Shown here: piece after piece, positions 40,616-54,980 of the stretch | Numbering within the stretch: position 1 is the stretch's first letter | Layout of the letters: each line of letters begins with the position of its first letter | Source: the human T2T-CHM13v2.0 reference genome, Homo sapiens | Strand: one strand, 5' to 3' | Assembly (NCBI RefSeq): GCF_009914755.1 | Contig: NC_060928.1 | Length of the DNA: 64,000 nt | The notes under the pieces: model-generated | Databases searched by the model: none | The model's input: only the letters and a program-made list of their open reading frames with translations | Told to the model about the DNA's origin: nothing | Made by a program: the position numbers and the translations under genes

Positions 40616-40870
40616 TAAGTATCCATTTTGATTTTAATAATCAACTTAAAAATACATAATTACTTTTTTAAAGCTATTTATTAAAATTTTTAAAATTTAA
40701 TAGGCAATCTTACCTTTTCAAAAAGAACTTCTAGTATGAACCATGAAATACGCCACTTAGCAGATTTTATTTTCACATTGTCCTATGCAAATAATAAGCT
40801 AAAGGATTTTTTTTCATTTAGAACAAGTGAGATGAAATAGTTGTTATTCTTATTTTGATGTTCTTGAAAG

Positions 40871-41000
40871 GCATATCGAATGAAGCTTATCTACAATAAT
40901 AATGATTGATGAGCTTCATCTAATGATAATCCTTAATACCTTAGAGAACAATCTCAATAGATCCAAACAGCAACAAAATTCTGACCCAATGAAGGGCATC
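40871..41000 (+). pseudogene. Plus-strand exon candidate ...IDELHLMIILNTLENNLNRSKQQQNSDPMKGI
   Basis: Acceptor ttcttgaaag|, strong donor atc|gtgagt. Confidence 0.45.
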
Positions 41001-41349
41001 GTGAGTAAGAACAAAGAGGTGAATTAGTAATTTAAATAAAAGCATATTTAAGTCAATTCTAGCAATGCAAAAAGAAAAGAGGGTTAACATTGTAATTTAA
41101 AATTTCTGGGTGTTTATTCCAGCAGTGACACTTCAGAACAGTGAATGTTAAGGAGTTTAGTTAATTTCTATGAAGTTTACAGTTTACATGTATTAAATGG
41201 GCACTTGCTTAATTATTTGCTCTCTTGATTTTAAGTTCTACCAGGTTACAGTCCTTGTCTTTCTGGTTCATTTTTGTGTTACATGTGTCCAAAATAATAC
41301 CCATGTCTTGGTAAATGCAGAATAAATATTTGATGACTGAAAGAATGAA

Positions 41350-41980
41350 ATCATTCAGCATTCAATAAAGATTTATTGTAAGCCTCATCTGGTCCAGAAA
41401 CTCTTCTAGTTGCTGGGTAGGGATGGGACAAAACAGAGAAAAATCCCTTCCTTTGTGGAGCTTATACTCTAATGGATAAGATGATTAACAAAGCAAATGG
41501 GCAAATTTGATACAAAAAACAAATCAAAACTGGAAAGGAGGATATGAAATGTTGAGTGTTGGAGCAGGTGGTGAAATTTTAGTTAGGATTGCTAAGAAAG
41601 TCCTTAGCAAGAAGGTGACTTTCAAGTAAATACCTGAAGAAAGTGGGCTGCTCCCTATGTCGCTATCTTGGAAGAGATCATTTCAAACAGATGGGACAGA
41701 AAGTACAAAAACCCTGAGGCAGGAGTGGTGAGAAAACAGCACAGGGCCAGTGTGATTTACCAAGCAATGAATGGAGGGAAGGAGGATGAAATCAGAGAGG
41801 AAAAGGGAAGAGGAAAATCATATGACTTGTTGGCTAAGGCAAGGACTTTGGCTTTTATTCTGAGATAGATAAGAATCTACTGGAAGGTTCTGGGCAGAGG
41901 AGTGACATAATCTGACTTACGTTTGAACATGAACACTCTGGCTGCTGTTAATAACAGACTACAGGAGGGCAAGGATGGAA
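41350..41980 (-). mobile_element. L2 fragment
   Basis: cattcaataaagatttattg, ggagcttatactcta, aggactttggcttttattctgag, gaggagtgacataatctgactt. Confidence 0.75.
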
Positions 41981-43479
41981 GTAAAATAAACACCTACTTC
42001 GTAGCATTTTTATAAAAATTACTCAAAAAAGTATATAAGCCCAGCACAGACCTGTCACTAATTGCCCTTACTTGCTTAAGGAGAGCAAGTATCCCCTATT
42101 CTCATAGGGAATGCCTTTCCTGCTCCGACAGATGCATATACAGAGGCTCTGGGTTGTCACCATTAACAATCCCAAGAAACTACACCTCCTTTAAGGTAGC
42201 CCCGGAATTGGGGGTGTTGGCTTAATACAAGCAACAATAATCAGTGGACTTCCCCTTGGCCCCCCTCCAAAAAAAGAAATGGCCCTGGCATCCAATGGAG
42301 TCATTCTGACAAAGTGAAGTAGCCATCCTATCTGCCATCTCTGCCCTGTACCAAGGGAGCTCAATCACTTAATGTTGAAGCATCAAAGGGTTGTGAAGAT
42401 GCTGGGAATTTAGCTGTTAACAAAATGTTTATATCTAAATTCCACAGTACTAGCATCAAAGGGCAGCCATTCACATCAACATCAACTAACAAAGCACACA
42501 GGGGTGCTTTATACTCACTCCATGTCTAATATGTTTTCCGGAGGAAAGGCTAAAGGCTACATGAAACATGACAAAATCCATGAACCCTAATTAAATTTTG
42601 CCTTAAAACACCATCATTAGACATTAACTAGGGATGTTTTACTCTCTGAAGGAGTAATTGCTTAGTTTTATTTCTTAATAATATAAAAAAGAACTTAGCA
42701 ATCTGAGGGGAAGCAGTCCAAGCAGTCCTGACTTTGCAAACAAACAACTGAGCAGGAAGTGTTTCCTTCCCATTCTGTCCCCTTGCTGCTCGTACTTGTT
42801 GAAAGATTTCCATTCCTATTTCTGGCCTCGCTTCACTGCTATTCCTGGGAGGGTTTGCAACAATTCATTCAGCAATGGTTTATTGAGTGTCTACTTTGTG
42901 TCAGGTGCTATTCTAGCTGTTAATGATAAAACAGTAAACCAAACAGACACTGCTCTCTGGGAGCTTAACTTCAAGTACCTATCAAAGTTAAGGGAGAGGA
43001 AGAGGTGAGGTCAAGAAAGGTTGATCCACCTTCAGATTCTCCCTTGACTGCATCTCTCCATCCCCAACCACCCTCATTGGTGGGCTTCATTAGGTGCCAA
43101 CAATAGCCTTTTTTCAGAAGGAAAACACTTCAGAATAAGTCAGGGCTTTCCTCTGAAATGTTGAGGAGTCACATACCACTTCAAAGGGATCTAATAACCC
43201 ACCACATCATCTGTGTGCATTTGTGCCTGTATATGTAATATTGAGCATAAAGAAAGAGAGACAGAAAAAGAAGACAGAGGAGACGTGTTGGAAATTTTTA
43301 CATAATAAAAAAGTGGAATCCAGGAATATCAGGCTTTTTTTCATCTTTTGAAGTATCTTTTAAAATGTGGGGATTTTACCTTTAATAATTATTATCATCC
43401 CCATTCTGATTTTAGTTTCTACAGTTGCCACATCATTCAGAGCTACTTTTCTCCAGAGGATGTTGACTAGAATTACCTA

Positions 43480-43715
43480 CTATGTAAGACACTTTTTGTT
43501 ACCTCCTCAGCTTCCTTTCCTCATTCTGCTTTCCTACCAGAACACACATTTTATTCAGAGATCCCCTGCCTATTCATGATGCTGGGCAACTTGACATTCC
43601 CAGCTCCAGCAGTATTCAATCAGCTTGGGGCATTCCCAGGGACATGTTAATACTTTAGGAGTGGATGTATGACCTAAGATGACTGAATGAAAGAAGACCA
43701 TGGCCAGGGGAGAAG

Positions 43716-43766
<51 letters not shown>

Positions 43767-43945
43767 GCTAGATAAAAACAAGAGATTAGAGCTAACACTC
43801 TGAGAGACAGAAACTTAGCCCACCATTGAGCTCTTAAATGAATCAAACCTGAGGCTACAGGAGATGACAAATGTCCTTATTGTCTAAGCCCATCTGAATC
43901 AGGTACTCTGTTACTTGCAGCCCAAAGCATTATATCAGATACACA
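43480..43945 (+). mobile_element. MLT1-type LTR containing (TC)n at 43718-43764
   Basis: Ends ctgttacttgcagcccaaagcat..gataca. Confidence 0.6.
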
Positions 43946-44564
43946 CTGGAATTGTCACAGCTCTGGGCAGAAGCAGGATTTATTTGCAGTTCAGATTCCA
44001 AACAGGAAGAGATTCTTCACATCACAGGATCTTTTAAAATCACTCCTGTTTTTTATAATATGAAAAAAGAAAGCTGTGCCAGAGCACAATAATCTGATCC
44101 CAACAGAGAACATCCACACAAAACTCTCAGGTTAGATTTTAACACTACAGTGCCACTGCATTATAGTATTACTTTGGGTACTCAAAGATGGAATTTAAAT
44201 AAATGCTTAAGTAAATACCATATTATAGAAATAGGGTTCTGAAATGGCTCTGCCAACAGCTTAACTGTACAGGACAGGAAAAATGTGGGACATGAGAAAA
44301 GAATTGAATCCAGATTGGACTATACATATTCCCTAAAACCAGTGGTCCCATTTCTTAAAGGAGAGGAATGGGAGACAGATAACAGAAACTGTGTATCTTA
44401 TATATTGCATTATACCATAACATATATACACTATAAACGTGCAGTAAATTTTGTTGTTTTTCTTATAGCCTGTTCAGTCATTCTCAGCAGGACCTGTTCT
44501 TAAAACCATAAATAAATTCTAAGTACTGTTACCTGTAGATATATTGATAGATTATGGGAAATCC

Positions 44565-45075
44565 TTTCTGACAGATTGTTTGCAAAGATGGCTACATCAA
44601 TTTCTCCAGTTCCTAGAAGCCTATGTCTCTGGAAGTTGACTTTGCTACTCTTCTCCAGACGGAACTATTTTCCCTCCTCTTGATGTGGGCTAACTCTGTC
44701 CTGTGACTTGCTATAACTAATAATGGCAGCAGAAGTGACATTGTGTAACTTCAGAGCCTCAACTTCAAAAAGCCTTGTAGCTTCCTCTCTTGCCCTTTTG
44801 CTGCCCTGAGACTGCCACATAAAAAAGCCCAGACTAGCCTGCTGGAGATGGGCCATGAGAGAGACCTTGTGAAAAAGCCTGGCCCCCTGTCCTGAGGCCC
44901 CAGCCATGTTACCGAGACTATCTGGAACCAGCGAACTCCCAGTCAACATAGCGACTGACAGCAACCTCATCAATGACACTGGTGAGACATCAGAGGCTGA
45001 TCCTAGTAAACATTTCAGAATTGCAAGCAATTAAATTATTTGCAAGCCACTAGGTTTTGGGGTAGAAAACTGATG
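44565..45075 (+). mobile_element. MLT1-type LTR
   Basis: caaagatggctaca ... gcagaagtgacattgtgtaacttc ... aagccactaggttttgggg. Confidence 0.7.
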
Positions 45076-45599
45076 CATCCTCCGTGTCTCCCAAAGTCAG
45101 GATTCTGGTACCACATCAATCCCTTGCAGGACTCTATCTTAAGGAATTTTTTTTTCTTTTTTCTTCTCCTTGAATATGCAATGTGTTATGCTGCAAGTAA
45201 ATGTCTTAGAAAACCTCAAAGCGTTTGTAAGGAAGGAGTCATTCTGGAAAGACAACAACTCCCTCCTCGATGGAAGGTCCCATTCTCTCCATTCTATACC
45301 TCTGACACCTTCCCTCTATCTATACCTCTGACACTCTCCTCTTTTCCTTCTACCTGCCTACCATAGGTCACAAGAAATTTGTCCATAATTGGAGCTAGAA
45401 TAGTGGAAAGACATGTTCCTATTCCAAGGGCCACAGCATCTGGATGGCCGTGTCACACATTCTATCAATACAACCATTTAGGTGTGCTGCATGGTGGGCT
45501 TTGGTGAGCTGGTCTGAGACCTAATTCACATGTGCTGTATTAATTATAAGTCCCAAACCACTAACTTACAAGCCTATTTTGTTATACCTGTAGCCAATT

Positions 45600-45712
45600 A
45601 ATTTTTTATTTTACTTTTTTTATTATACTCTAAGTTCTAGGGTACATGTGCACAACGTGCAAGTTTGTTACATATGTATACATGTGCCGTGTTGGTTTGC
45701 TGCACCCATTAG
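45600..45712 (-). mobile_element. Short L1PA 3' end
   Basis: ttattatactctaagttctagggtacatgtgcacaacgtgc. Confidence 0.85.
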
Positions 45713-45989
45713 TGGTCAATTAATTTGAAAGTGAACTCAGGAGGGTGAAATCAAGAAATGTCTTTATTCTGCCAGGCTGACCTTTGGCTCATGCATCCAG
45801 TCTCCCTCTTCTGTTCCTTGGCAGCATGGGGTTCAGACTCCACAGCTTTCAGATCACTTTCAAGGCTTTAAAAACTCCAATCAATCCCAAAGCATTAGTC
45901 TCTGTGCTAATTCAAAGCTTCTCTCCTCTTTTCAGGATAAGCCTTACTCTGGATATTCAGTCTAGATGTTCTAGACTCTACTTGAGAAT

Positions 45990-46198
45990 TTCTGAACCTC
46001 AGCACCATTGATATTTAGTATCAGATAAATCTTTGTTGGAGGAAGCTGCCCTGTGCGTTGTAGTATGTTCAACATAAACCTGGCCTGTACCCAACTGATT
46101 CCAGTATGACCCCCTAATTGTGAGAACAAAAATGTCTCCAGATATTGCCAAATGTCCCCTGGAAGGCAAAATTGTCCCCAGTGAAGAATTACTGCTCT
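45990..46198. mobile_element. MER20 (hAT-Charlie)
   Basis: cctcagcaccattgatatt ... aatgtctccagatattgccaaatgtcccctgg. Confidence 0.8.
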
Positions 46199-46575
46199 AG
46201 ACTATCCATTCTTAATAAGGATGATATTGCCCCCATGGGGATGGTAATTGGCTCCTGGGGGGCAAAAAAAATATGTTCCAATGATCTGTGGACCCCAAAA
46301 AACCACAGTACCCAGCATACAGTATGCCTGTGGCATACAATCCACAGAGGAAGGGGAAGGCAGTTAGGAGAAAAGTCAAAAAATAGCACCTTGGGAGAGC
46401 GGAATGAAAAAAGTTTATGAAACACGGCACTAGACCAATGGTGGGGTGTGAGATCTGTTTCTTCCCTCTTCCCTCCCTCATTTGCTTTGCCAGTGGGGGT
46501 AAGTAGTGGAGGGGCAAAGTCTTTTTACTTAGCTGGTGTTATGTAATTCCCCCTAGCTGTTGAATTCCCCCTGCT

Positions 46576-47110
46576 ATGGCAAGCATCAAAGGCGGGTCTC
46601 CTTGCAGTCCTGGGCCTGGGTGGCTTTTCATGGATTCCTACTTTGAATATCTGTGTGATATGGCTAGAACACTCTCCAATTTCCCTCCAGCAATTAACCA
46701 CACACAGCATCTTTCTGCTGGAGACCCTCAATTCCCGTGGAATGCTCTTGGGTGGGATTATTTAGAGATGGCTTATTTTGGCTCCCCTGATCCAGGGGAA
46801 TTTCCACTGTCTTATTCTGCCCAGCAGTGATGGCAGCTCCAGCCACCTCTAGCCTTCACACCTCTCCCAGACAAAGGCAGTCACTAGTTGCTGTGCCTAC
46901 CACACCTGAGGGAGCTCACATCTGGATCTATAAAGAGTTCTCTAGTCCTCTGCTTTGGTAGTAGTACAAATGGGAGCATCAGAAATACACAATGGGTAGC
47001 TCAGCAAGCCTCCAGGCAGGAAGTAAGACACAGGACTGCCTGCTGGCACACAGCTTTCCCAGGTGTCTTGGTGCAGCCCTCACTTGCCTTGAGGGAAAAG
47101 TATCTCTCTC
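46576..47110 (+). pseudogene. Plus-strand exon candidate ...PWNALGWDYLEMAYFGSPDPGEF...
   Basis: Unique, higher-GC block with two consecutive long plus-strand ORFs (46576-46830, 46888-47145); boundaries unclear. Confidence 0.35.
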
Positions 47111-47444
47111 CCCTCCTTCATCCACTGCTCTTTCTGCTCCAGTAAGTACCTTTACTTATGTGGGCGGAAGCTGGGAAAGCAGGGTTGATAGTTTGGCCAC
47201 CTTTTAATAAGTGTTTTGAGGATCTGTCTAAAACCTCCCTATAGAATATTTTGTTCTCAACTTTGTGGCACCGTTAGAAATTCTGAGATGACAGGATAAC
47301 ACTCATTAAATGCTTATTTATACAACCCATTGGGGTTGATTGGGACTACATGGGGAGAGAATAAGTTAAGCCGGTGTTTCCCAGTCTGTCAGCTGAAAAA
47401 TTGGGATATCATTAAGAGTTCTGCAAACTGATTTGTATTCTTTT

Positions 47445-47940
47445 TTATTCAGTCAACAAACACTTAGTGAACTCCTTTCAGGAGCACCTGTGGATACTAC
47501 AGGCAACAAGAAAGGCAAGGTCTCTACTCTCATGAGAATAGTTTAGCAGAGGAACATAACTAGTAAACAATGCAATGCCAGATTGTAATAAGTGCTGTGG
47601 AAAAAATAAGGCACTTAACATAACAGAGTGATTGGGGGGATAGGTGGAGAAGAGTGCTGCTTTGGAATGAGTGACCATAGAAGGGTTCTTTGCAGAGGAA
47701 ATATTTGGACTGAAATCAGAATAACAAGAAGGAGCCAATCTTGTGAACATCTTGGGGGAAAAAATTCCAAGGAGAGAAAGAGCAGGTGCAGAGGCCCCAA
47801 GCAGAAGTGAGCTGGGCATGTTCCAGAAGGAATGCAGCCATGGCGCTGGGGGTGGTAACAACGGGAGAATGCTGCGAGAGGACAGAGAAGCAGCTGGGAG
47901 AAAAAGAAGATCCTGGGAATAACAGGAAGCCAGAGGGATT
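47445..47940 (-). mobile_element. L2 fragment
   Basis: attcagtcaacaaacactta, aggagccaatcttgtgaacatct, gcagaggccccaag. Confidence 0.65.
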
Positions 47941-47944
47941 TGGG

Positions 47945-48437
47945 TTTTTTTATAAAAGCGCTTTTTTAAAAAAAAATTAATTCTGGGATGATTGCGTAGG
48001 ATGTGAAGGTTTGTCACATAGGTAAACGTGTGCCATGATGGTTTGCATCACCTATCAACCCATCACCTAGGTACTAAGCCCTGCATGCATTAGCTATTCT
48101 TCCTGATGCTCAAGAACTGCCCCCCAACCCCAAACAGGCCCCAGTGTGTGTTGTCCCCTTCCCTGTGATTCATGTATGCACGTGTTCATTGCAGCACTAG
48201 TCACAATAGCAAGGACATGGAATTAACCCAAATGCCCATCAATGATAGACTGAATAAACAAAATGTGGTACATATACACCATGGAATACTATGCAGCCAT
48301 AAAAAGGAATGAGATCATGTGCTTTGCAGGACATGGATGGAGATAGAAGTTATTATCCCCACCAAACTAACACAGGAACAGAAAACCAAACACCATATGT
48401 TCTCACTTATAAGTGGGAGCTGAATAATGAGAACACC
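47945..48437 (-). mobile_element. L1PA 3' fragment with a 5' inversion
   Basis: Antisense 3' UTR ~47960-48171 joined to a sense segment ~48172-48437; flanking gagggattt repeat. Confidence 0.85.
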
Positions 48438-50022
48438 GAGGGATTTCAAGTGCAACAGTCACACTACTCACAGACTGAATCTGTTTCACACACGTGTGCC
48501 ACAACTGTCCATATGCATGTAAATCTTGAAAATGATACAGACATGCATTGAACATGTTAATAAATGTCTGGCAGCTTTCTGTCATGAGGAGAGGGATGGT
48601 GACATACGTTGATGTTAAAAGTCCTTATCTCTGAAAATATTAGAAACTACTGCCTGCTCTGCCTTTCTGATTTTAGATTTATTTGTACAAAATTGAGTTC
48701 CTATTCTTTCTTCTACACTAAGAATAAACAAAACTTTACGAAGAGGAATATGCATACAGACTCACTATGTATCTTTCCTGAAAGGACCCCATTCTGTATA
48801 CAACAGACAAACCTGAGTGTCATTGACGGGACAAGCACAGAAATGAGGTATCACCCTCAGGCAAGTATCTGCATTCTTGAAAGAAAAATTACTCCTGTAG
48901 AAACACAGTATCTGATATCTCCAGGGATTCTGCATGTTTACATTTCAAATAATTTGGAGTGAACCAAGAGTGGTACTTTATCACCTTAATGGGCATAGAT
49001 TTTCACTAATAGAGGTTATAAATACAGTTATTTACAATGATTTAAATTGAAAGCAGGCTGTTTTTAGTGGCTGATGCCAAAATCATCCTGGAACTACCTC
49101 TAACTTACTATCAAAGGCTTATTTACCATAATTGACTGTCTCATTGTTTTACCTTGTCTTTGACCCTGTACACCAACCATGATGCTCCTGAATTTAAAAA
49201 GAGAGTGATTAATGTGGCAAGTGCAGAGACAGTCAGGCTTGTATACCCCAATGGGGATACGAGAGAAGTCTGATAAATAATAAACACCACCACTTTCTCA
49301 CACTCTGACTCCCTCTTTTGCTGCATCTTCCAGGCAGCCCTGGAACGAGATGTCACTTATTTTAAAGCCAAATATACCTTTGTGCTACTCTAAACTTATT
49401 TATGCCCTGGTCAGGAAAAAAATATTTACATCTAAAAATGCTGAACCATGAAACTCTAGCTACAGGAAAGATGACTTGTATAGATAAAATGTTAGCATCA
49501 ACATAATTTCCATAATCATTATTTCTTCTCATGAAACAATTCTTACGTTAAGTGGTTAACTACGGGTATTCTTCCTGCTCAAATTTCTCTATGAGACAAA
49601 TCCCAAATGAAAAGCTTTTAAGGTTGAATGTAAAAATCCTTTAAGTATGAGGAGAAAATAACAAAGAAAATCAATTCTGTGAATATAAATGATAGAAGAA
49701 CAACGGTTTTCTGAAATTAAAGAACAACAATAGTGAATTTTAAATTCATTGTGTGTAGGATGTACACAAATAGAAATGAAATATCCAGCTTCTAATTTCT
49801 TAGTAATCAGGAGTTAATGAATACTATAATTCACTTTTGCTTTCAAAGATCATTTATATCTCCCTCCCACTATTTACCTATTAGTTTTTCATCCTATTGC
49901 TAGTAGGGCCTATTCTGATAGCTATTAGTTTACTAGAAATTGTGCTCTCTCTTTCTCATAAGGAGTAAAGTAAGTCAAGTTACTGGAAATTAGTGGAATA
50001 TTCAGTTAACATATGTGGTGCA

Positions 50023-52954
50023 CAGGCATAACTCTGAGATATTGCTGGTTTGATTCCAGATCACCACATAAAAGTGAATACTACAGTAAAACAAGTCACA
50101 AAAATGTTTTGATTTCCCAGTGCCTATAAAAAATAGGTTTGCACTATACTGTAGTGTATTAAGTGTACAATTGCAGTATGTATAAAATAACAATGTATAT
50201 AACTAAATTAAAAATTCTTTATTGCTAAAAAAATGCTATCATCTGATCATTTAGCAAGTCATAATCTCATTGCTGCTGGAGGGTCTTGCCTCCATGTCAA
50301 TGGCTGCTGACTAATCAATGTGGTGGTTGCTGAAGATTGGAGCGGCTGTGGAAATGTCTTAAAATAAGACGACAATGAAATTTCCCTCATCAATTGACTC
50401 TTCCTGTCATGAAAGGTTTCTGTGTAGCATGCAATGCTGTTTGGTAGTATTTTACCCCCAGAACTTCTTTCAAAATTAGAGTCCATCCTCTCAAACTCTG
50501 TTGCTGCATTATCAACTAAGTTTATGTAATATTCTAAATTCTTTGTTGTTATTTCAAAAATGTTCACAGCATATTCCCATAAAGATTCCATCTCAAGAAA
50601 CCACTTTCTTTACTCATCCGTAAGAAGCAACTCCTCCTCCGTTGAAGTTTCAACATGAGATTGCAGCAATTCAGTCACATCTTCGGTTTTCACTTCTAAT
50701 TCTAGTTCTCTTGCAATTTTGACCATATCTGCAGTTACTTCCTCCACTGAACTTTTCAAAGTCATCTATAAGGATTAGAATAAACTTCTTCCAAGCTCCT
50801 GTCTATGTTAACATTATGACCTCTTCCCATGAATCATGAGTATTTTTAATGACACCTAAGATGATGAATCCCTTCCAGAAGGTTTTTATCCTTCTTTGCC
50901 CATACATATCAGAGGAATCACTATCTATGGCAGCTACACCTTAATAAAATGTCTTTCTTCAATAACAAGACTTGAAAGTCAAAATTACTCTTTGATTCAT
51001 GGGCTGCAGAATAGATGTTGTGTTAGAGGGCATAACAACAACATTAATCTCCTTGTACATCTCCATCAGAGCTCTTGGATGACCAGGTGCATTGTCAATG
51101 AGCAGTCATATTTAGAAGAGAATCTTTTTTTCTAAGCAGTAGACCTCAAGAGTGTGCTTAAAATATTCAGTAAGCCATGTTGTAAACACATATGCTGTCA
51201 TCCAGGCTTTGTTTTTCCATTTACAGAGCATGAGCAGAGTAGATTTAGCGTAATTCATAAGGAGCCTAGGATTTTCAGAATGGTAAATGAGCACTGGCTT
51301 AACCTAAAGCCACCCACTGCATTAGCCCCTAAGAAGAGAGTTACCCTGTCCTTCGCAGCTTTGAAGCCAGGCATTAATTTACCCTCTATAACTATGAAAC
51401 TCCTACATGGCATCTTCTTTCAATATGAGCCTGTTTTGTCTACATGAAAAATCTTGTTGTTTAGTGTGGCCACCTTCATCAATGATCTCAGCTAGATTTT
51501 CTGCATAGTTTGCTGCAGCTTCTACTTGCTGCTTCACCTTGCAATTTTATGTCATGGAAACAGCTTCTTTTTTTTTTTTCTTTTTTAATTTTATTATCAT
51601 TATACTTTAAGTTTTAGGGTACATGTGCACAACGTGCAGTTTTGTTACATACATATACATGTACCATGTTGGTGTGCTGCACACATTACCCCGTCATTTA
51701 GCATTAGGTATATCTCCTAATGCTATCCCTCCCCCCTCCCCCCACCCCACAACAGTCCCCTGTGTGTGATGTTCCCCTTCCTGTGTCCATGTGTTCTCAT
51801 TGTTCAATTCCCACCTATGAGTGAGAACATGAGGTGTTTGGTTTTTTGTCCTTGCGATAGTTTGCTGAGAATGATGGTTTCCAGCTTCATCCATGTCCCT
51901 ACAAAGGACATGAACTCATCATTTTTTATGGCTGCATAGTATTCCATGGTGTATATGTGCCACATTTTCTTAATCCAGTCTACCATTGTTGGACATTTGG
52001 GTTGGTTCCAAGTCTTTGCTATTGTGAATAGTGCCGCAATAAACATACGTGTACATGTGTCTTTATAGCAGCATGTCTTTTCTTAAATCTTATGAAGCAA
52101 CCTCTAGCTTCAAACTTTTCTTCCTGCAGCTTCTTCACCTCTCTCGGCCTTCATAGAATTGAAGAGAGTTAGGGACCTGCTCTAGATTAGGCTATGGCTT
52201 AAGAAAATGCTGTAGCTGGTTTGATCTTCTCTCCAGACCAATAACATGTTCTCCCTATCAGCAATAAAGTTGTTTCTTTTCTTATCATTTGTGTGTTCAC
52301 TGAGGTAGCACTTTTAATTTCCTTCAAGAACTTTCTTTTTCTGTTTGTTTACAACTTGGTTAAGCGTTTGGTGCAAGAGGTCTAGCTTTTTGCTTATCTC
52401 AGCTTTTCACATGCTTTCCTCACTAAGAGTAATCATTTTCTAGCTTTCGATTTAAAGTGATGCAACTCTTCTTTCACTTGAACACTTAAATGACATTGTA
52501 GGGATGTAAATTGGCCTATTATCAATATTATTTTGTCTCATGGATTAGGGAGGCCTGAGAACAGGAAGAGAGTCAGGTGAACAGCAGGTCGGTGGAAAAG
52601 TCAGAACACATTTATTAATTAAGTTCACCATGTTTTATGGGTATGACATACTATACTATAACATAGTATGACATATTATACTATGTGTGTGACATATTAT
52701 ACTATAACAGTACAATAATGACATCAAAGAAGATGGATCATAAATCACCATAACAGATAATAAGAATAATTTAAAAGTTGGAAATATTGCAAGAATGAGC
52801 AAAATTGACACAGGCACAAAGTGAGCACATGCTATTGGAAAAATGACGCTGATAGATTTACTCAACACTGAGTTGTCACAAGCCTTGAATTTGTAAAAAA
52901 CACAGAATCTGGGAAGTACAATAGAGTAAAGCACAATAAAACAAGGTGTGCCTG
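50023..52954 (-). mobile_element. Full-length Tigger1 DNA transposon with nested L1PA
   Basis: TIRs caggcata.. / ..gtgtgcctg|ta; pogo-type transposase fragments (HSENPR..KAWMTA). Confidence 0.9.
51567..52075 (-). mobile_element. Young L1PA 3' end inside Tigger1
   Basis: MFIAALFTIAKTWNQPKCP ORF2 C-terminus, G-rich 3' UTR, poly(T). Confidence 0.95.
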
Positions 52955-53783
52955 TATTAACAGAGAAATGTCATAAATGCTGTGTGGAGGGAAGTAAGAT
53001 AGAGGAGGGAGTGTCAGCTATTGGTATTTAGATTACTGGGCTACAGTAAACTCATACGTTGCTGTCAGCTTCATGCTTTATTCAAATATGTTAAGATTAT
53101 TCTATTTTAGTGATAATTTCTTCCTACGCCTATCAAAAGTTACAAATTTGAATCTCTATTAATACATCTATGGTAACTCTGTAATAAGTTGGGAAATGCA
53201 TTGGGTTTAAATCTTGCCTCTGCCCTGTAGCATCAAATTATGTAAACCTGTCAAGTTTCAGGTTCTATATCATGTTATATGGCAACCTCTGTGCTTGGCA
53301 CAAGGTAACTATTTATATCAGTTAGTGAATGTGATTCTAGTATATCCACTGTCTCTGTTTGAGGGAATTCTTTCATTCTTTCTGTTATTCTTCTATGCAT
53401 TTAAATATTTACTAAGCACCAAATATATACCAAGCTTTAAACCAAGTGCAGAGATACATGGACATGACAGAAGTCCCTAACTTTAAAAGGCTCACAATCA
53501 AATGGGAATTTTATTTTTAACCAAAAGATGTTCTCAAATTGGGAGTCTTCACATTTGTTAAGACTTCTGCACTCATACTGGAGCTTTGTGGCTCACTACA
53601 ACAGATTTCACAGCAAAAGTCACTGTCTCAGAATTACTCAAGCCAAAACCTACTTAGCAGCAGCCAGTATAACTAAACATAAAATATAGATTAACAAAGC
53701 TTAAAGTTAAAACCTAATAACAGAATATGTTTATACACCTTTTCAAATCTCCAGATATAATTTTAAAATTCTGTTTTTGGCAG

Positions 53784-53993
53784 ACTTTTCCAAGACAGTA
53801 CCAAACTCCCTCCATCTCCTCTTGGGTATGATGTAAAGCCCACACATGTCAAAGCCAACATCACCCAGAGAATACCAACAGAGAGAAAACAGGAGAGGAA
53901 GAGGCCAACATAGGGTTTTATTAGTTTGTGATATTATCAAGATAAATGACACTGGGACATTCCCTCCAACACCTTCTGGATGCCCGAGTTCAG
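53784..53993 (+). pseudogene. Plus-strand exon candidate
   Basis: Acceptor ctgtttttggcag|, donor cag|gtagag; unique sequence, frameshifted. Confidence 0.35.
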
Positions 53994-54946
53994 GTAGAGA
54001 AAATTACTGCTCATCTATTTATTCCTTGCTTTTTCCCTACCAAACAAACTGACATGAAGTGCCAGGATGACATCATATCTGGGTTGACACTGACTGTAGT
54101 AAGAAACAGAGAATCTGAAAAGAATAGGAACATGACTTATCTACTCCATTTGGCATTTTGTTAACAACTCACTACATCTTTTGAACCCTATCAGGCATCT
54201 TAAGTGTTAGCATGTATTCAAATTCATTAAGATAAGACCAATTAGCTTTCCATTTTCACAGAAATGACTGATAAATTACATTTAAATATGTAATATTAAT
54301 GAAGAGGGGACGCATGGGAATGCCTTACTGAACCTATTTTCCTAATTTACTGATAAATTATCACATCAATTTTCCCCCAAACCATTATTTTCCCAATGCT
54401 GTACATTGGTAGGGCTGAATGGCACCCAGAGCCAGCACATTTTAAAAAAGCCAAGATCAACTAGATAAGTTTGGGAGATTGTCCCAAGGCAACAAAACTA
54501 AAAACTTTATTGACATGAAGCTCAATGTTCCTGAACTGAACCTCCAGCATAGACTAGACACCAACAGGAAGACTTGGATTACAGACACTGGGGCTTTCTC
54601 TCCAGCACCAAAATAGCCAGTGGATTCAGTCAATGCAGTTGTGGGAACGCCAATTGTATTGTTCTATTGATCTGGAACAGAGTTAAGTCAATCAAAAGAA
54701 TCAATGTTGTTAGACCGCGCACTAAGGAAAAGAGCAGAATCAATTATTCAGGGACTTTATGTTAAAAAAACAAAATAAAACTTTTGTTCTCTAATGGATA
54801 TTGGACATGTGCAAGTATTTTTGGCCTGATCTATTCTAAAATACACATTAGTTCCCCACTGAAACCAGAATAAGGAATGCCATTAAAGCTACCAGGGAAC
54901 AGATCTTACTCTCATCTAAATGAACTATATTGGTTTTATCCTCTCT

Positions 54947-54947
<1 letters not shown>

Positions 54948-54977
<30 letters not shown>
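54948..54977. repeat. (CA)n microsatellite
   Basis: Directly visible. Confidence 0.95.

Positions 54978-54980
<3 letters not shown>

Noticed and set aside
46545-46805. NF-kB-like motifs (gggaatttcc and two aattcccc)
   Set aside because: Short motifs are expected by chance in 64 kb and there is no other regulatory evidence.
52640-52712. Short tandem triplication tgacata(t/c)tatactat
   Set aside because: Local slippage inside Tigger1; no spacers, not a CRISPR-like array.
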